A DNA stretch of 64,000 nucleotides from an uncultured Leptospirales bacterium (lineage in GTDB: Bacteria > Spirochaetota > UBA4802 > UBA5368), in the NCBI GenBank assembly GCA_964625625.1, contig CAZVEG010000002.1, positions 15,865-79,864 of the forward strand, written 5' to 3'. Each line of letters starts with the position of its first letter. The first letter of the stretch is position 1. Below the pieces are notes generated by a model, which saw nothing but the letters and a program-made list of their open reading frames with translations, was not told the origin of the DNA and did not search any database. Of the stretch, positions 30,322-39,712 are shown one piece after another. Position numbers and translations under genes: made by a program.

Positions 30322-30377
30322 CGGAGGGTTCGTAAAATACGAAAAATACAAAGCACTGTATCAGGCGGCAAACTACC

Positions 30378-31010
30378 ATGAAAAAATACCCGGCACTTAT
30401 AGTTACACTCGCATGGATCGGATTGTCGGCATGCTCCACAATCGACATCGCCATCACCAAAAAGGTCGATGTCAATAAAAAGCTCAATAAGGTGGCCGTA
30501 TTCCCCTTCGACGTTAAGGGCGCCGGCTGGGGGGATGAATTCTCCGACGCCATCAGTCACTGCTTCTTCAAAACAGGACGGGTAGAGGTCGTCGAGCGTG
30601 AAGCCCTGGAGCGTATCCTCAAGGAACAGAACCTTTCCATGACCGGTCTCATCGACGATAAAAGCGCGGTAAAGGTAGGGAAACTGCTGGGTGCCGACGT
30701 CATCTTGGTCGGTCGCGGCAGCGCACTACGCGCATACGACAAAGGAAGAGAGGTTCCAAACCTCATCGACACCTTCACCCTCAAGGCGCTCAGCGTGGAA
30801 ACCGGCGACATTCTGTTCATCGTTCGCAAGGAGCCCGGAAGGGAATGGTCCGGTCGATATTACGCCAAGTTCTGCTGCAGCCTCTCGCTCATATGGGACA
30901 GGAACGACGTCCTCATCGAAAGCTCGCGGTACGATGATATTTCACGGCAGATCGTAAAAAAGGTACTGTCGACGCTCGATGACATCGAGAAAAAGAAGAA
31001 CCTTAAATGA
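30378..31010 (+). CDS. lipoprotein of the CsgG/LpoB/FlgP-like superfamily
   Basis: Lipobox LAWIGLSAC. The core VAVFPFDVKG...GRVEVVEREALERILKEQNLSMTGLID...LGADVILVG is the hallmark pattern of this periplasmic lipoprotein fold. Confidence 0.5.
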   Translation: MKKYPALIVTLAWIGLSACSTIDIAITKKVDVNKKLNKVAVFPFDVKGAGWGDEFSDAISHCFFKTGRVEVVEREALERILKEQNLSMTGLIDDKSAVKVGKLLGADVILVGRGSALRAYDKGREVPNLIDTFTLKALSVETGDILFIVRKEPGREWSGRYYAKFCCSLSLIWDRNDVLIESSRYDDISRQIVKKVLSTLDDIEKKKNLK

Positions 31011-31804
31011 CCCGACGCCTTCTCAAAACGGCCTTCGCGGCCTTGTTCGTCTTAGCCGCAACGTTCACCTACGCCGCCGACTTCGACGAGCTCGACAAGC
31101 CCCCTGAAGGCGCTCACAAAGGCCAGATGCTCCTGGGTGCCTTTTTTTCGATCGGCATGCCCTTCGGCAATTGTATCGACGCCGAACATGACTTTCTGGA
31201 AAACTCATACCACAGGCTTAATGAGGATACGGTGAAGGCTTTCGAGGTATCCCACCTCTTCTTCGGCGTTGGCCTGTCATTCGAATACATGCCCTTCGAC
31301 CATGTTGGCGCAAAAATCAGGCTGAAGCGTAACAGTGTGGTGCAAAAAACTAATTTCGGCGCTCAGTACGAAAACTGGCGGGGATACCTCTACAAAGATC
31401 TGTCGTTTTATCTGGGACCTTCGTTCCATGTCACCGCGCGCAAACGCTGGGATTTTACGCTGACGCCCATGGTCGGTTACGCGTTCGCGACCTATCACGC
31501 GGCCCCGGTCGCCACAAAAATACTTGTCGATGATTCGGGCGTCGGCGTGAGCGGCGAAAACGAGCGGAGCTTCTCGGCGCTCACCTACGGCGCCGAGATC
31601 AACTGCACCATCTACTTTTCGGGTGGGCTCTTCGTCTCGCTGGGTTGTGACTGGACCAGACTTAACTGCAATTTCGGGAAGCCCATTGACATTACCAATC
31701 CTCAGCCACTATCCGCTTCGAATGTGTATTTCGACGGCGCAAGCTCCGGCACCATCGACGCCGTCGCGTTCACGCTGACCGCCGGCTACGCCTTCTCAAA
31801 TTAA
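31007..31804 (+). CDS. outer-membrane beta-barrel protein (signal peptide, alternating amphipathic strands, aromatic C-terminus)
   Basis: Signal peptide AAFAALFVLAATFTYA. Beta-strand periodicity with a C-terminal TAGYAFSN. ATGA overlap with the upstream lipoprotein gene indicates translational coupling. Confidence 0.5.
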   Translation: MTRRLLKTAFAALFVLAATFTYAADFDELDKPPEGAHKGQMLLGAFFSIGMPFGNCIDAEHDFLENSYHRLNEDTVKAFEVSHLFFGVGLSFEYMPFDHVGAKIRLKRNSVVQKTNFGAQYENWRGYLYKDLSFYLGPSFHVTARKRWDFTLTPMVGYAFATYHAAPVATKILVDDSGVGVSGENERSFSALTYGAEINCTIYFSGGLFVSLGCDWTRLNCNFGKPIDITNPQPLSASNVYFDGASSGTIDAVAFTLTAGYAFSN

Positions 31805-32845
31805 ATCACTCACCGAAACAAGGCCCGCCCGCGTAAAAAGGCGAAGCGCGTTGAGCGTCACCCATGGATCGCGCCTGTTGTACCGCGCCATCATGCCCCC
31901 CTCCCAGAGCATCCCCCGCTCCCGCCGCTCGGCCGGATACGAGCCGTCAGTGTTCTGTCTTGCGATCAGCGCGTTAAACGCGGCATTCACCCTGCCGTCG
32001 CCGAAGCGTCCGGCCCTCGCGATCGCGATCAAGCCCGCAAGGGTGTCATACTGTAAAAAAACGGGAAATCCGGTGCGTACGAAGTCCGATGCCCTTCCGA
32101 CAGCGGCGCATACGGAAACGGCGCCGTTCGTATTATCCGCAAAGAGACGATTCCCGAGCAGGAATTCCGAGGCGCGGGAGGCCGCCGCTTCCAGGCGACC
32201 GCGTCTTTCGCCATATTCGAGCAGCGCCATCAGGCACTCGAACGTGGCGAACACACAGCTCGGAATCGACGTGTCTTCCTCGCGCGCGAGGCCCGCCCCC
32301 GCCCTTCTGAAAAGCAACAGCCGCATCACGTCCATCGAGCCGGCGGTCGGACAATGCAGCCAGCCGCCGTCCTCCCGCTGATGCTCCCGTATCCACGCGA
32401 TACCCCGTTCCGTCCGCTCGTCATCGAAGCCCGCTTCAAGCAGGCGCCGGACCATGGCTCCGGTGATACACCCTGCCTCGAGCGCCGGTTTCCAGTTCAT
32501 GATAAATCCACCGGACCCGCCGCGGCATCTTCGCATGATGAATTCCGCGGTGGCGTCGACAACCGGTTCCCCGCGGTCATAGCCGCGGGCCACGGCTTCC
32601 GCGAAACGCCACATGACCCCGTGTTCGAACAGGTCGAACCGCTTCGTGTCGCCGAGGACACCCCCCTTCGCCGCACCGAAGAACCGGCGGTATGCATCCG
32701 AAGATCGCAGCGCCGCATATCCTTCCCCGACGGCCGCGTCGCCACACGCGGGTCGCAGGATGTCCCGGAGGCACAGGTGGCGGACCTCCGGACCGCACCG
32801 GGACATCAGCCAGGGAACGGGATTGCCGCCGAGGTACACGCTCAT
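31796..32845 (-). CDS. prenyltransferase/squalene-oxidase repeat (QxxDGGW) protein
   Basis: HQREDGGW and RQNTDGSYP repeats characteristic of the alpha/alpha-toroid terpenoid cyclase / protein prenyltransferase fold. No obvious signal peptide. Confidence 0.45.
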   Translation of the reverse strand: MSVYLGGNPVPWLMSRCGPEVRHLCLRDILRPACGDAAVGEGYAALRSSDAYRRFFGAAKGGVLGDTKRFDLFEHGVMWRFAEAVARGYDRGEPVVDATAEFIMRRCRGGSGGFIMNWKPALEAGCITGAMVRRLLEAGFDDERTERGIAWIREHQREDGGWLHCPTAGSMDVMRLLLFRRAGAGLAREEDTSIPSCVFATFECLMALLEYGERRGRLEAAASRASEFLLGNRLFADNTNGAVSVCAAVGRASDFVRTGFPVFLQYDTLAGLIAIARAGRFGDGRVNAAFNALIARQNTDGSYPAERRERGMLWEGGMMARYNRRDPWVTLNALRLFTRAGLVSVSDLI

Positions 32846-34611
32846 TTAACGGTGTACCCGGCCGTCAGTTTTTTCATTTCATTGCCCGCCAGGTCTTTCA
32901 GGCGAAGTTCGATGCCGTGCGTCCCTTTCGACCAGATCGCGTTATGGGCCAGTATTTCGATGCGCGAATAATCCGGATCGTAATCCCACTTGACCCGCCT
33001 CCCGTCAACCGTCAGGAAAACCGAAGCCGGATCGATCCCGCTTCCGATATCGGATACACGTATATACAGCGGTCCGCCGGAAGATACGAGGCCCGGTGAT
33101 TTGAACCGCGCCACGGGAGGCGCGTCATCGCGCAGCAGGAAGAAACCGGCCATGCGATGGCCCGAATGTCTGAAGGAGCGGGTCCTCTCGTCGTACCTGT
33201 TTCCGACGGAATGGAACCTCCCGCTCGCCGGATCGATTTGATAGAGGCCGACCTTCGCGCGGTCATCATCCCCGTACTCGATCGATAACTCAACAGGGAT
33301 ATCAAGACAAAGGTCCGGGGGAAACACCGTGTACACGGAGCTTCGAACGGAAAGTCCGGGGACGGCGATGCGAAGGGGCGGGTCCTGTTTCAGCCAGACA
33401 CGATCGGGGTATAACGCGGCCCTGCCGTCGAAGCTGGCCGTAAACAGACCGTCACCGCTCTTCAATCGAAGTTCCCTGCCCGGAACAAGGTTCGGCCGCT
33501 CTTCGCGTACCGGTCCGGCAAGCGGCGGGACGACCGGCATCTCGAACTCGAGCCCCGCGGTGTTACCGTTCGCGTCATGCGCAACAATCCTGATGCGCGC
33601 TCTCCTGCCGAGTCGCGTGGTGTCGATCCTCCCTTCGCCGCCGGTCCTTGAATACAGATAGTGAGTATAGCGCGTACCATTCGTCGCCGAGTAATCGTAA
33701 TACAGACCCATGTGATGGGTCGTCTCCCGCTTCATAATATCGAACCGGGATTCGTATGCCCTGTTTCCGTCAACGAACATCTCGATCTTATACACCGCTA
33801 TCCTGCTGGTGTATCCCGCGCGGTCGCCGGCCGCTACCGAAAGGCCGATGAGACCTCCGACCTGGGGTGCGTTATTCCAAACCGGACGATAAATCCCGTC
33901 CGGAGATTTTTTTACGGTGAACATTCTACGTCCCGCGACGACTCCATCGACATGCGACCGCCCATCGAGAGGAAGAAGACCGAGCTCGGAGAAGAAAGGA
34001 GCGATGGTATCCTCGATGATCAGCCCGTTACGCAGCGGATTGAGATGCACGCCTTTTGCATCACGCACCTCAAAGTGGAAATGCTCCCTTCCGATACCGC
34101 TGTCGCCGGAATAACCGATGCGCTCTCCCCTGCGGACGGGAATATCATCGCGTTCGAATTCCAGCCTGAAATCCTCCCTGTCCAGAATCTTCGGCCCGTA
34201 CTTCGCAACGGTGGAATTCGCGAGTACCCTTTCGGCGAACCGATCCAAGTGTCCGTAAAACGTCCGTCGCCCGTCCGGATGCGTGAGAAACAGCGCATAC
34301 CCGATTCCCCATTTCTGATACATCACCGTGCTGACATACCCGTCGTCGGCCGCGTACACTTCGAATCCCTTTTTCCCCGCAGTACTCACGTCAAGCCCGA
34401 GGTGGAACCTCGAACCCCGCGGCTCGCAGAACGTGCCGGTGATGCGCTGCGGTCGGTTGATGGGCCAGAGGAGTGTCCGGGGAGGCGATGGAGACATTGC
34501 AAGAAAAATCAGCGGAGCGATCAGGACGCAGAGCGTCGCTCGTTTGATCCGGCAAAACGCGTCGGCGGATGAGGCATGGCGTTTACAGAGCATTGGCGGT
34601 TTTAAATTCAC
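32842..34611 (-). CDS. large secreted M23 family peptidase with C-terminal beta-rich extension
   Basis: Signal/TM segment. M23 catalytic motifs HLGLDVS...FYGHLDRF...HFHFEV. It is 589 aa, with an ATGA overlap onto the downstream prenyltransferase-repeat gene. Confidence 0.75.
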   Translation of the reverse strand: MNLKPPMLCKRHASSADAFCRIKRATLCVLIAPLIFLAMSPSPPRTLLWPINRPQRITGTFCEPRGSRFHLGLDVSTAGKKGFEVYAADDGYVSTVMYQKWGIGYALFLTHPDGRRTFYGHLDRFAERVLANSTVAKYGPKILDREDFRLEFERDDIPVRRGERIGYSGDSGIGREHFHFEVRDAKGVHLNPLRNGLIIEDTIAPFFSELGLLPLDGRSHVDGVVAGRRMFTVKKSPDGIYRPVWNNAPQVGGLIGLSVAAGDRAGYTSRIAVYKIEMFVDGNRAYESRFDIMKRETTHHMGLYYDYSATNGTRYTHYLYSRTGGEGRIDTTRLGRRARIRIVAHDANGNTAGLEFEMPVVPPLAGPVREERPNLVPGRELRLKSGDGLFTASFDGRAALYPDRVWLKQDPPLRIAVPGLSVRSSVYTVFPPDLCLDIPVELSIEYGDDDRAKVGLYQIDPASGRFHSVGNRYDERTRSFRHSGHRMAGFFLLRDDAPPVARFKSPGLVSSGGPLYIRVSDIGSGIDPASVFLTVDGRRVKWDYDPDYSRIEILAHNAIWSKGTHGIELRLKDLAGNEMKKLTAGYTVK

Positions 34612-34644
34612 GACCTGAACAGAACCGATTCCGGCGCTCAGCTC

Positions 34645-35367
34645 CTATTTGCGGACCGACAGCCGCGCCAGGTTCTGCTGTATTGTCGTATTCCCCGGAC
34701 TCAACCGGTCGGCTTTTTTAAAATACTCGAGGGCTTCCTTCGGCTTTCCCATCTTCTCCAAACACAGCCCCATGTTGTTCAACAGTTCGGTGGATGAAGG
34801 AGCCGCCGTCAGCGCGGCCGCGAACGCGGTGTTCGCCTGTGTGTATCTCCCCAGCCGCATCAGCGTCATCCCCAGGCCGTTATATGCGGCGAAAAATTCA
34901 GGGTCGATGGAAATGGCCTTCTCGAAAAATTCCTTCGCTCTCCAGTAATTACCCAGTCCGTATGCCGATCTGGCGATGATGTAATAGGCGATCGGGCTTT
35001 TCTGCAGCGCCAGGGCCCGCTGCGCGAACGGCTCGGCCTCCCTGTAGCGTCTCAGGTCGATGAGCAGGAGCCCGAGATCGACGAGCGGATCCGGCAGATC
35101 TTTCTGAATATCGGCACACCGGCGGAAATGCGATATCGCCGCCTCGTGGTTCCCCATTTTCCAGTGGTTGTGCGCCGCGAGAAAGCGCAGGGCGTAGTTC
35201 GGTGAGTTCTCCTGGAAATCCCTCTCCACCGAGAGTTCGACTGCGATCTTCTCGAGCGATTCGCGGTACTTTTTTTCCTGGAAGAGTTTCAGCGCGTCAT
35301 CATACGATGCAAGCGCGACGGACGCCTGTATCAGGAAAATTGCCGTAATGCATATCAGTTTTTTCAT
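34645..35367 (-). CDS. secreted TPR-repeat protein
   Basis: Signal peptide MKKLICITAIFLIQASVALA and at least five TPR units. Confidence 0.7.
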   Translation of the reverse strand: MKKLICITAIFLIQASVALASYDDALKLFQEKKYRESLEKIAVELSVERDFQENSPNYALRFLAAHNHWKMGNHEAAISHFRRCADIQKDLPDPLVDLGLLLIDLRRYREAEPFAQRALALQKSPIAYYIIARSAYGLGNYWRAKEFFEKAISIDPEFFAAYNGLGMTLMRLGRYTQANTAFAAALTAAPSSTELLNNMGLCLEKMGKPKEALEYFKKADRLSPGNTTIQQNLARLSVRK

Positions 35368-35432
35368 GGTCGTCTCCGCTTTCGCCCGGCCGCGCGGCCG
35401 GGGGCCACCGGGGCCCCCTTTACACGCCGAAC

Positions 35433-38400
35433 CTACTTCTTACCGCCCTTTTTCTTCATCGCCTTTTTCGTCTTTACGACCGCCTTGACCGGCTTTTTCG
35501 CCACCGTCTTCTTCACCGCGGCCTTTTTCACTACAGGCTTTTTCGGTGCCGGCTTTTTTACCGCCGGTTTCTTCACGGCAGGCTTCCTGACCGCCGTCTT
35601 TTTCTGCACGGTTTTTTTCACTTTTACGATCGGCTTAAGACGCTTTGATTTTTTTACCGGCTTCGTCTTCGCGACCGGTTTTGCGACGGCCTTCTTTGCG
35701 GCCTTTACCGGTTTCGCCGGCTTCTTCACCGCGGGCCTGTCTTTCCCGCTCTTTTCACCCTTGCCGCGAATCGCCGCCTGGGCCGCCGCGAGCCGGGCGA
35801 TCGGAACCCTGAAGGGCGAACAGCTGACATAGTCCATACCGACCCTGTGGCAGAACTCGACCGAGGACGGCTCGCCGCCGTGCTCGCCGCAGATACCCAC
35901 TTTGAGATTTTTGCGGGTCCGTCTGCCGCGCTCGATCCCGATGGCAATAAGCTCGCCGATTCCCTCCTGGTCGAGAATCTGGAACGGATCGCTGGGGAGA
36001 ACCTTCTTCGCCAGGTAATCCGGCACGAATCCGCCGATATCGTCACGGGAAAAACCGAATCCCATCTGTGTGAGGTCGTTTGTGCCGAAGGAAAAGAACT
36101 CCGCCGCCTCGGCAATTTTCCCCGCCGCCAGCGCGGCACGCGGGATCTCGATCATCGTTCCGAACATGTAATCTATTTTGCTCACGCCGTACTTTCGGCA
36201 CACCTCGGCGTATATTTTCTCAACGATCGCCTTCTGGTGGTCCAGCTCCGCCCTCGTGCTCACAACCGGAATCATGATCTCGGGCGCCACCTTCTTGCCT
36301 TCCTTCGTCAGCTCCACCGCCGACTCGAGAATGGCGCGTACCTGCATCTCGGTGATTTCGGGATAGGTGATTCCCAGACGCACGCCGCGGTGTCCCATCA
36401 TCGGGTTGGACTCGTGAAGCGCCTCGGCGCGCCTGTTGAGCTCGTCAAGGGAAATCCCGAGGCTCGACGCCAGCCGCTCGCGTTCATCTTCGCGATTGGG
36501 CACGAACTCGTGCAGCGGCGGATCGAGCAGGCGAATGGTAACGGGAAGCCCGTCCATCACCTCGAGCGTGGCCTTGAAGTCTTTTTTCACGAACGGATAC
36601 AGCTCCTCCAGCGCGGCGCGGCGCTCTTTTTCGTCTTTCGATATAATCATGCGCCGCAGGTAGAAAAGCGGCTGCTCCGAATTTTTCCCATAGAACATGT
36701 GCTCCGTTCTGAAAAGACCGATGCCCTCGGCACCGAAGCCGCGCGCCTTGGCCGCGTCCTCAGGGGTGTCGGCGTTTGTCCGCACTTTAAGCCGGCGGCT
36801 TGCATCGACATGCTTCATAAAGCCGACAAAGCGCGGGTTCTCGGTGGAATCCATCATGGAAAGCTTGCCACCGTAAACGTAACCGCGAGTACCGTTCAGG
36901 GTGAGGTAATCACCCTCGTTGAACGTCCTGTCGCCGACCCGCATGGTCTTCGCGTGGACATCGACATGCAGCGCTCCGCAGCCGACGATACAGCATTTGC
37001 CCCATCCCCTTGCCACCAGCGCCGCGTGCGAGGTCATTCCGCCGCGCGCGGTGAGAATGCCGATGGCCGCCCGCATCCCTTCCACGTCCTCGGGATTCGT
37101 CTCCTCGCGTACAAGAATGACCTTTTTACCCTGTCGCGCCGCTTCGACCGCGTCATTGGCCGTAAAAACGATCTGGCCGGCCGCGCCTCCGGGACCGGCG
37201 GGAAGGCCCTTCGCCAGCACCGTGGATTCCCTTTCGGCCGCCGGGTCGACGATCGGATGCAACAGCTCGTCGAGCTGGGCGGGCGAAACGCGCATCACCG
37301 CCTCGTCGGCCGAGATGAGCTTTTCGTCCAGCATGTCCATCGCCATGTTGAGGGCGGCGGTGCCGGTGCGCTTGCCGACGCGGCACTGCAGCATCCACAG
37401 GCGCCCCTCCTGGATCGTGAACTCTATGTCCTGCATGTCCTTGTAGTGCCTCTCCAGCTTCGTGCGGATGGCGTCAAGATCCCTGTACACTTCCGGCAGG
37501 GCCGTCTCGAGCGATGGCAGGTGCCTGTTCTGTTCGTTCTTGGTAACCTCATTCATCGGGTTCGGAGTGCGTATACCGGCAACCACATCCTCGCCCTGCG
37601 CGTTCACCAGCCATTCGCCGTAGAAGTGGTTGTCGCCGTTGGCCGGGTTCCTCGAAAAGGCCACGCCGGTCGCCGAGTTGGAACCCATGTTGCCGAAAAC
37701 CATTGCCTGCACGTTGACCGCGGTTCCCCATGCGTCCGGAATCCCCTCGATGCGACGATAGGAGATGGCGCGCTTGCCGTTCCACGATGCGAACACCGCG
37801 CCGATCGCGCCCCACATCTGCTCGAGGGCGTTGTCGGGGAATTCCCTGCCGATCACCTCTTTCACCCTGGAGCGGAAATCGTCACAAAGCGCCTTCAGAT
37901 CCGAATCGCTGATGTCCGCGTCGGTGGCGTAGCCCTTACGGTTTTTGAGATCGTGCAGCATCCTGTCAAGCTGCACCCGGATGCCCCTGCCCTCTTCGGG
38001 CTCGAGTCCCGCCGCCTTTTCCATCACCACGTCCGAATACATCATGATGAGGCGCCGATAGGCGTCGTATACGAAGCGCGGATTGCCGGTCTTTTTTATC
38101 ATACCGGGGATGGTGGCGGAGCAGAGCCCCACGTTGAGCACGGTCTCCATCATCCCGGGCATGGACGCCCGCGCTCCCGAGCGCACCGAAAGCAGCAACG
38201 GGTTTTCGGAATCGCCGAACTTCGCCCCCATAATCTGCTCAACACTCTTCAGCGCGTCCAGCACCTCTTTCTCGAGCCCGGCGGGATATTTTCCGTTATT
38301 CGCATAGTATTCATTGCAGACTTCGGTGGTGATGGTAAAGCCCGCTGGAACCGGAATACCGATCTGGCACATCTCGGCCAGGTTGGCCCCTTTCCCCCCG

Positions 38401-38468
38401 AGGAGATTTTTCATTTCGGCCTTTCCATCGGCCTTCTTGCCTCCGAAAAGATACACTCTCTTCGCCAT
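35433..38468 (-). CDS. ppdK: pyruvate, phosphate dikinase with C-terminal histone-H1-like Lys/Ala/Pro-rich extension
   Basis: N-terminal ATP-grasp (LFGGKKADGKAEMKNLLGGKGANLAEM), a central phospho-His domain and a PEP-utilizing TIM barrel ending at PFRVPIARLAAAQAA. About 110 aa of KPAVKK-type repeats then follow in the same frame before the stop. Confidence 0.9.
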   Translation of the reverse strand: MAKRVYLFGGKKADGKAEMKNLLGGKGANLAEMCQIGIPVPAGFTITTEVCNEYYANNGKYPAGLEKEVLDALKSVEQIMGAKFGDSENPLLLSVRSGARASMPGMMETVLNVGLCSATIPGMIKKTGNPRFVYDAYRRLIMMYSDVVMEKAAGLEPEEGRGIRVQLDRMLHDLKNRKGYATDADISDSDLKALCDDFRSRVKEVIGREFPDNALEQMWGAIGAVFASWNGKRAISYRRIEGIPDAWGTAVNVQAMVFGNMGSNSATGVAFSRNPANGDNHFYGEWLVNAQGEDVVAGIRTPNPMNEVTKNEQNRHLPSLETALPEVYRDLDAIRTKLERHYKDMQDIEFTIQEGRLWMLQCRVGKRTGTAALNMAMDMLDEKLISADEAVMRVSPAQLDELLHPIVDPAAERESTVLAKGLPAGPGGAAGQIVFTANDAVEAARQGKKVILVREETNPEDVEGMRAAIGILTARGGMTSHAALVARGWGKCCIVGCGALHVDVHAKTMRVGDRTFNEGDYLTLNGTRGYVYGGKLSMMDSTENPRFVGFMKHVDASRRLKVRTNADTPEDAAKARGFGAEGIGLFRTEHMFYGKNSEQPLFYLRRMIISKDEKERRAALEELYPFVKKDFKATLEVMDGLPVTIRLLDPPLHEFVPNREDERERLASSLGISLDELNRRAEALHESNPMMGHRGVRLGITYPEITEMQVRAILESAVELTKEGKKVAPEIMIPVVSTRAELDHQKAIVEKIYAEVCRKYGVSKIDYMFGTMIEIPRAALAAGKIAEAAEFFSFGTNDLTQMGFGFSRDDIGGFVPDYLAKKVLPSDPFQILDQEGIGELIAIGIERGRRTRKNLKVGICGEHGGEPSSVEFCHRVGMDYVSCSPFRVPIARLAAAQAAIRGKGEKSGKDRPAVKKPAKPVKAAKKAVAKPVAKTKPVKKSKRLKPIVKVKKTVQKKTAVRKPAVKKPAVKKPAPKKPVVKKAAVKKTVAKKPVKAVVKTKKAMKKKGGKK

Positions 38469-38681
38469 TTTGATTCTCCTTTGTCTTTATAAATGATTAG
38501 AGCCGTTGCGGAACGGGAGGAGCTCCCGCCTTCCCCCGCCTCCGACGGGGAGAAACATCGACACTCTCCATTCCGGCAACAGGTCTGTTCGAGATCCAGT
38601 GAAACCCGGCGACGCGACCGGGCGGGGATACTGTCATACCCCGCCGGTTAATACAAATACCGAAATATCAAATTGTAAAGA

Positions 38682-39635
38682 TTAATTTTTCATGTGACGC
38701 TTCACCTCGCGGATGAAGCAGGCGTCCGCGTCTTCGCAGTTCGCGCAGTACGTGTCGTCGATGTTGTAATCGGCGCTGTCGCATCGCGCCGTGGAGCCGT
38801 CCTTCATTATCATGAGGTATTTGACGTACTGGACCTCGTCATCGGACAGCGCGGCCGCGCCTCCCTGCCTGAGTCTGGCGAGGATTTCCTTCTGCTTCGC
38901 GCGCTCGTCCCGCACCGCCGTGGAACCGATCTTCGGTGCGATTTCCGCGGCCTTCTTCTCCATCCTTGCCGCGAACATTTTTGTACGGAATTTGATGCTG
39001 CTTCTTCTCGTTATCAGGAAATATACGATACCGAAGAAAAGCCCGCCCAGGTGCCCGATATGTGAGATGCTGCTCTGGCCGCCGAAAAGCTCGAGGTAAA
39101 GCTCGACCAGCCCGTAGAGCATAACGAGATACTTCGCCTTGATTGGAACGAAGAAAAATAACAGGATCTCGGTATTGGGATACAGCACACCGAACGCGAG
39201 CAGCAGCCCGAATACGGCGCCTGACGCCCCGATCGTCGGAATATGATATGCCCCCCCCTGTGAGATGAGGTTGATCAGCAGGATCGAGATGCCCGCGCCG
39301 GCGCCGCAGAACAGATAATATCCCACGAACTTTCTGCTGCCCCATTCCTGTTCGATCGGCGTGCCGAATATCAGCACCGCGTACATGTTAAAGAAGATGT
39401 GAAAAAAGCCCGAGGTGCTGTGCAGGAACATGTACGACACGACCTGCCATATGAAGCCCTTTTCCACCACGAGTGCCGGTGTAAGACCGAGGTAGTAGGT
39501 AAGCGCGGACATCGCGTGAGGCGTCTGGTTTGACGCGGTAAAAATCTGAAAGACATACGCTATGATGTTTACGACGATCAGTTTTATCACCCACCCCTGG
39601 TAGGAGCTTGCAGATCCAGGACCCTTCATCGACAC
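38682..39635 (-). CDS. rhomboid family intramembrane serine protease with C-terminal cytoplasmic Cys-rich tail
   Basis: GASGAVFGLL (GxSG) and HIGHLGG catalytic dyad helices. Six TM segments. The C-terminal ~110 aa are soluble and end in C-x11-C-x2-C-x5-C. Confidence 0.85.
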   Translation of the reverse strand: MSMKGPGSASSYQGWVIKLIVVNIIAYVFQIFTASNQTPHAMSALTYYLGLTPALVVEKGFIWQVVSYMFLHSTSGFFHIFFNMYAVLIFGTPIEQEWGSRKFVGYYLFCGAGAGISILLINLISQGGAYHIPTIGASGAVFGLLLAFGVLYPNTEILLFFFVPIKAKYLVMLYGLVELYLELFGGQSSISHIGHLGGLFFGIVYFLITRRSSIKFRTKMFAARMEKKAAEIAPKIGSTAVRDERAKQKEILARLRQGGAAALSDDEVQYVKYLMIMKDGSTARCDSADYNIDDTYCANCEDADACFIREVKRHMKN

Positions 39636-39712
39636 TTCCCGTGGTAAATTTGATCAATTTGAGACATTCTGTTCAAGGCGGTACCCTAAACCAGGGGAAA
39701 ATATCCGTAAAG

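Noticed and set aside
35436-35770. Repetitive DNA in the ppdK 3' end (KPAVKK codons), considered as a possible CRISPR or tandem-repeat array.
   Set aside because: The repeats are imperfect, in-frame and coding (Lys/Ala/Pro codons). There are no regular spacers and no cas genes.
35847-38492. 881-aa ORF antisense to ppdK. Similar long antisense ORFs include 44882-46876 (664 aa) opposite nrdD, 13754-14383, 1479-2045 and 560-955.
   Set aside because: High GC suppresses stop codons on the non-coding strand. These ORFs have low-complexity Arg/Gly/Pro-rich compositions and no motifs. They fully overlap genes with clear homology on the other strand.
38560-38600. gttcgagatcc-like motif resembling a tRNA T-loop in the ppdK-rhomboid intergenic region.
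   Set aside because: The flanks cannot form the 5-bp T-stem, acceptor stem or anticodon arm. It is not a tRNA.
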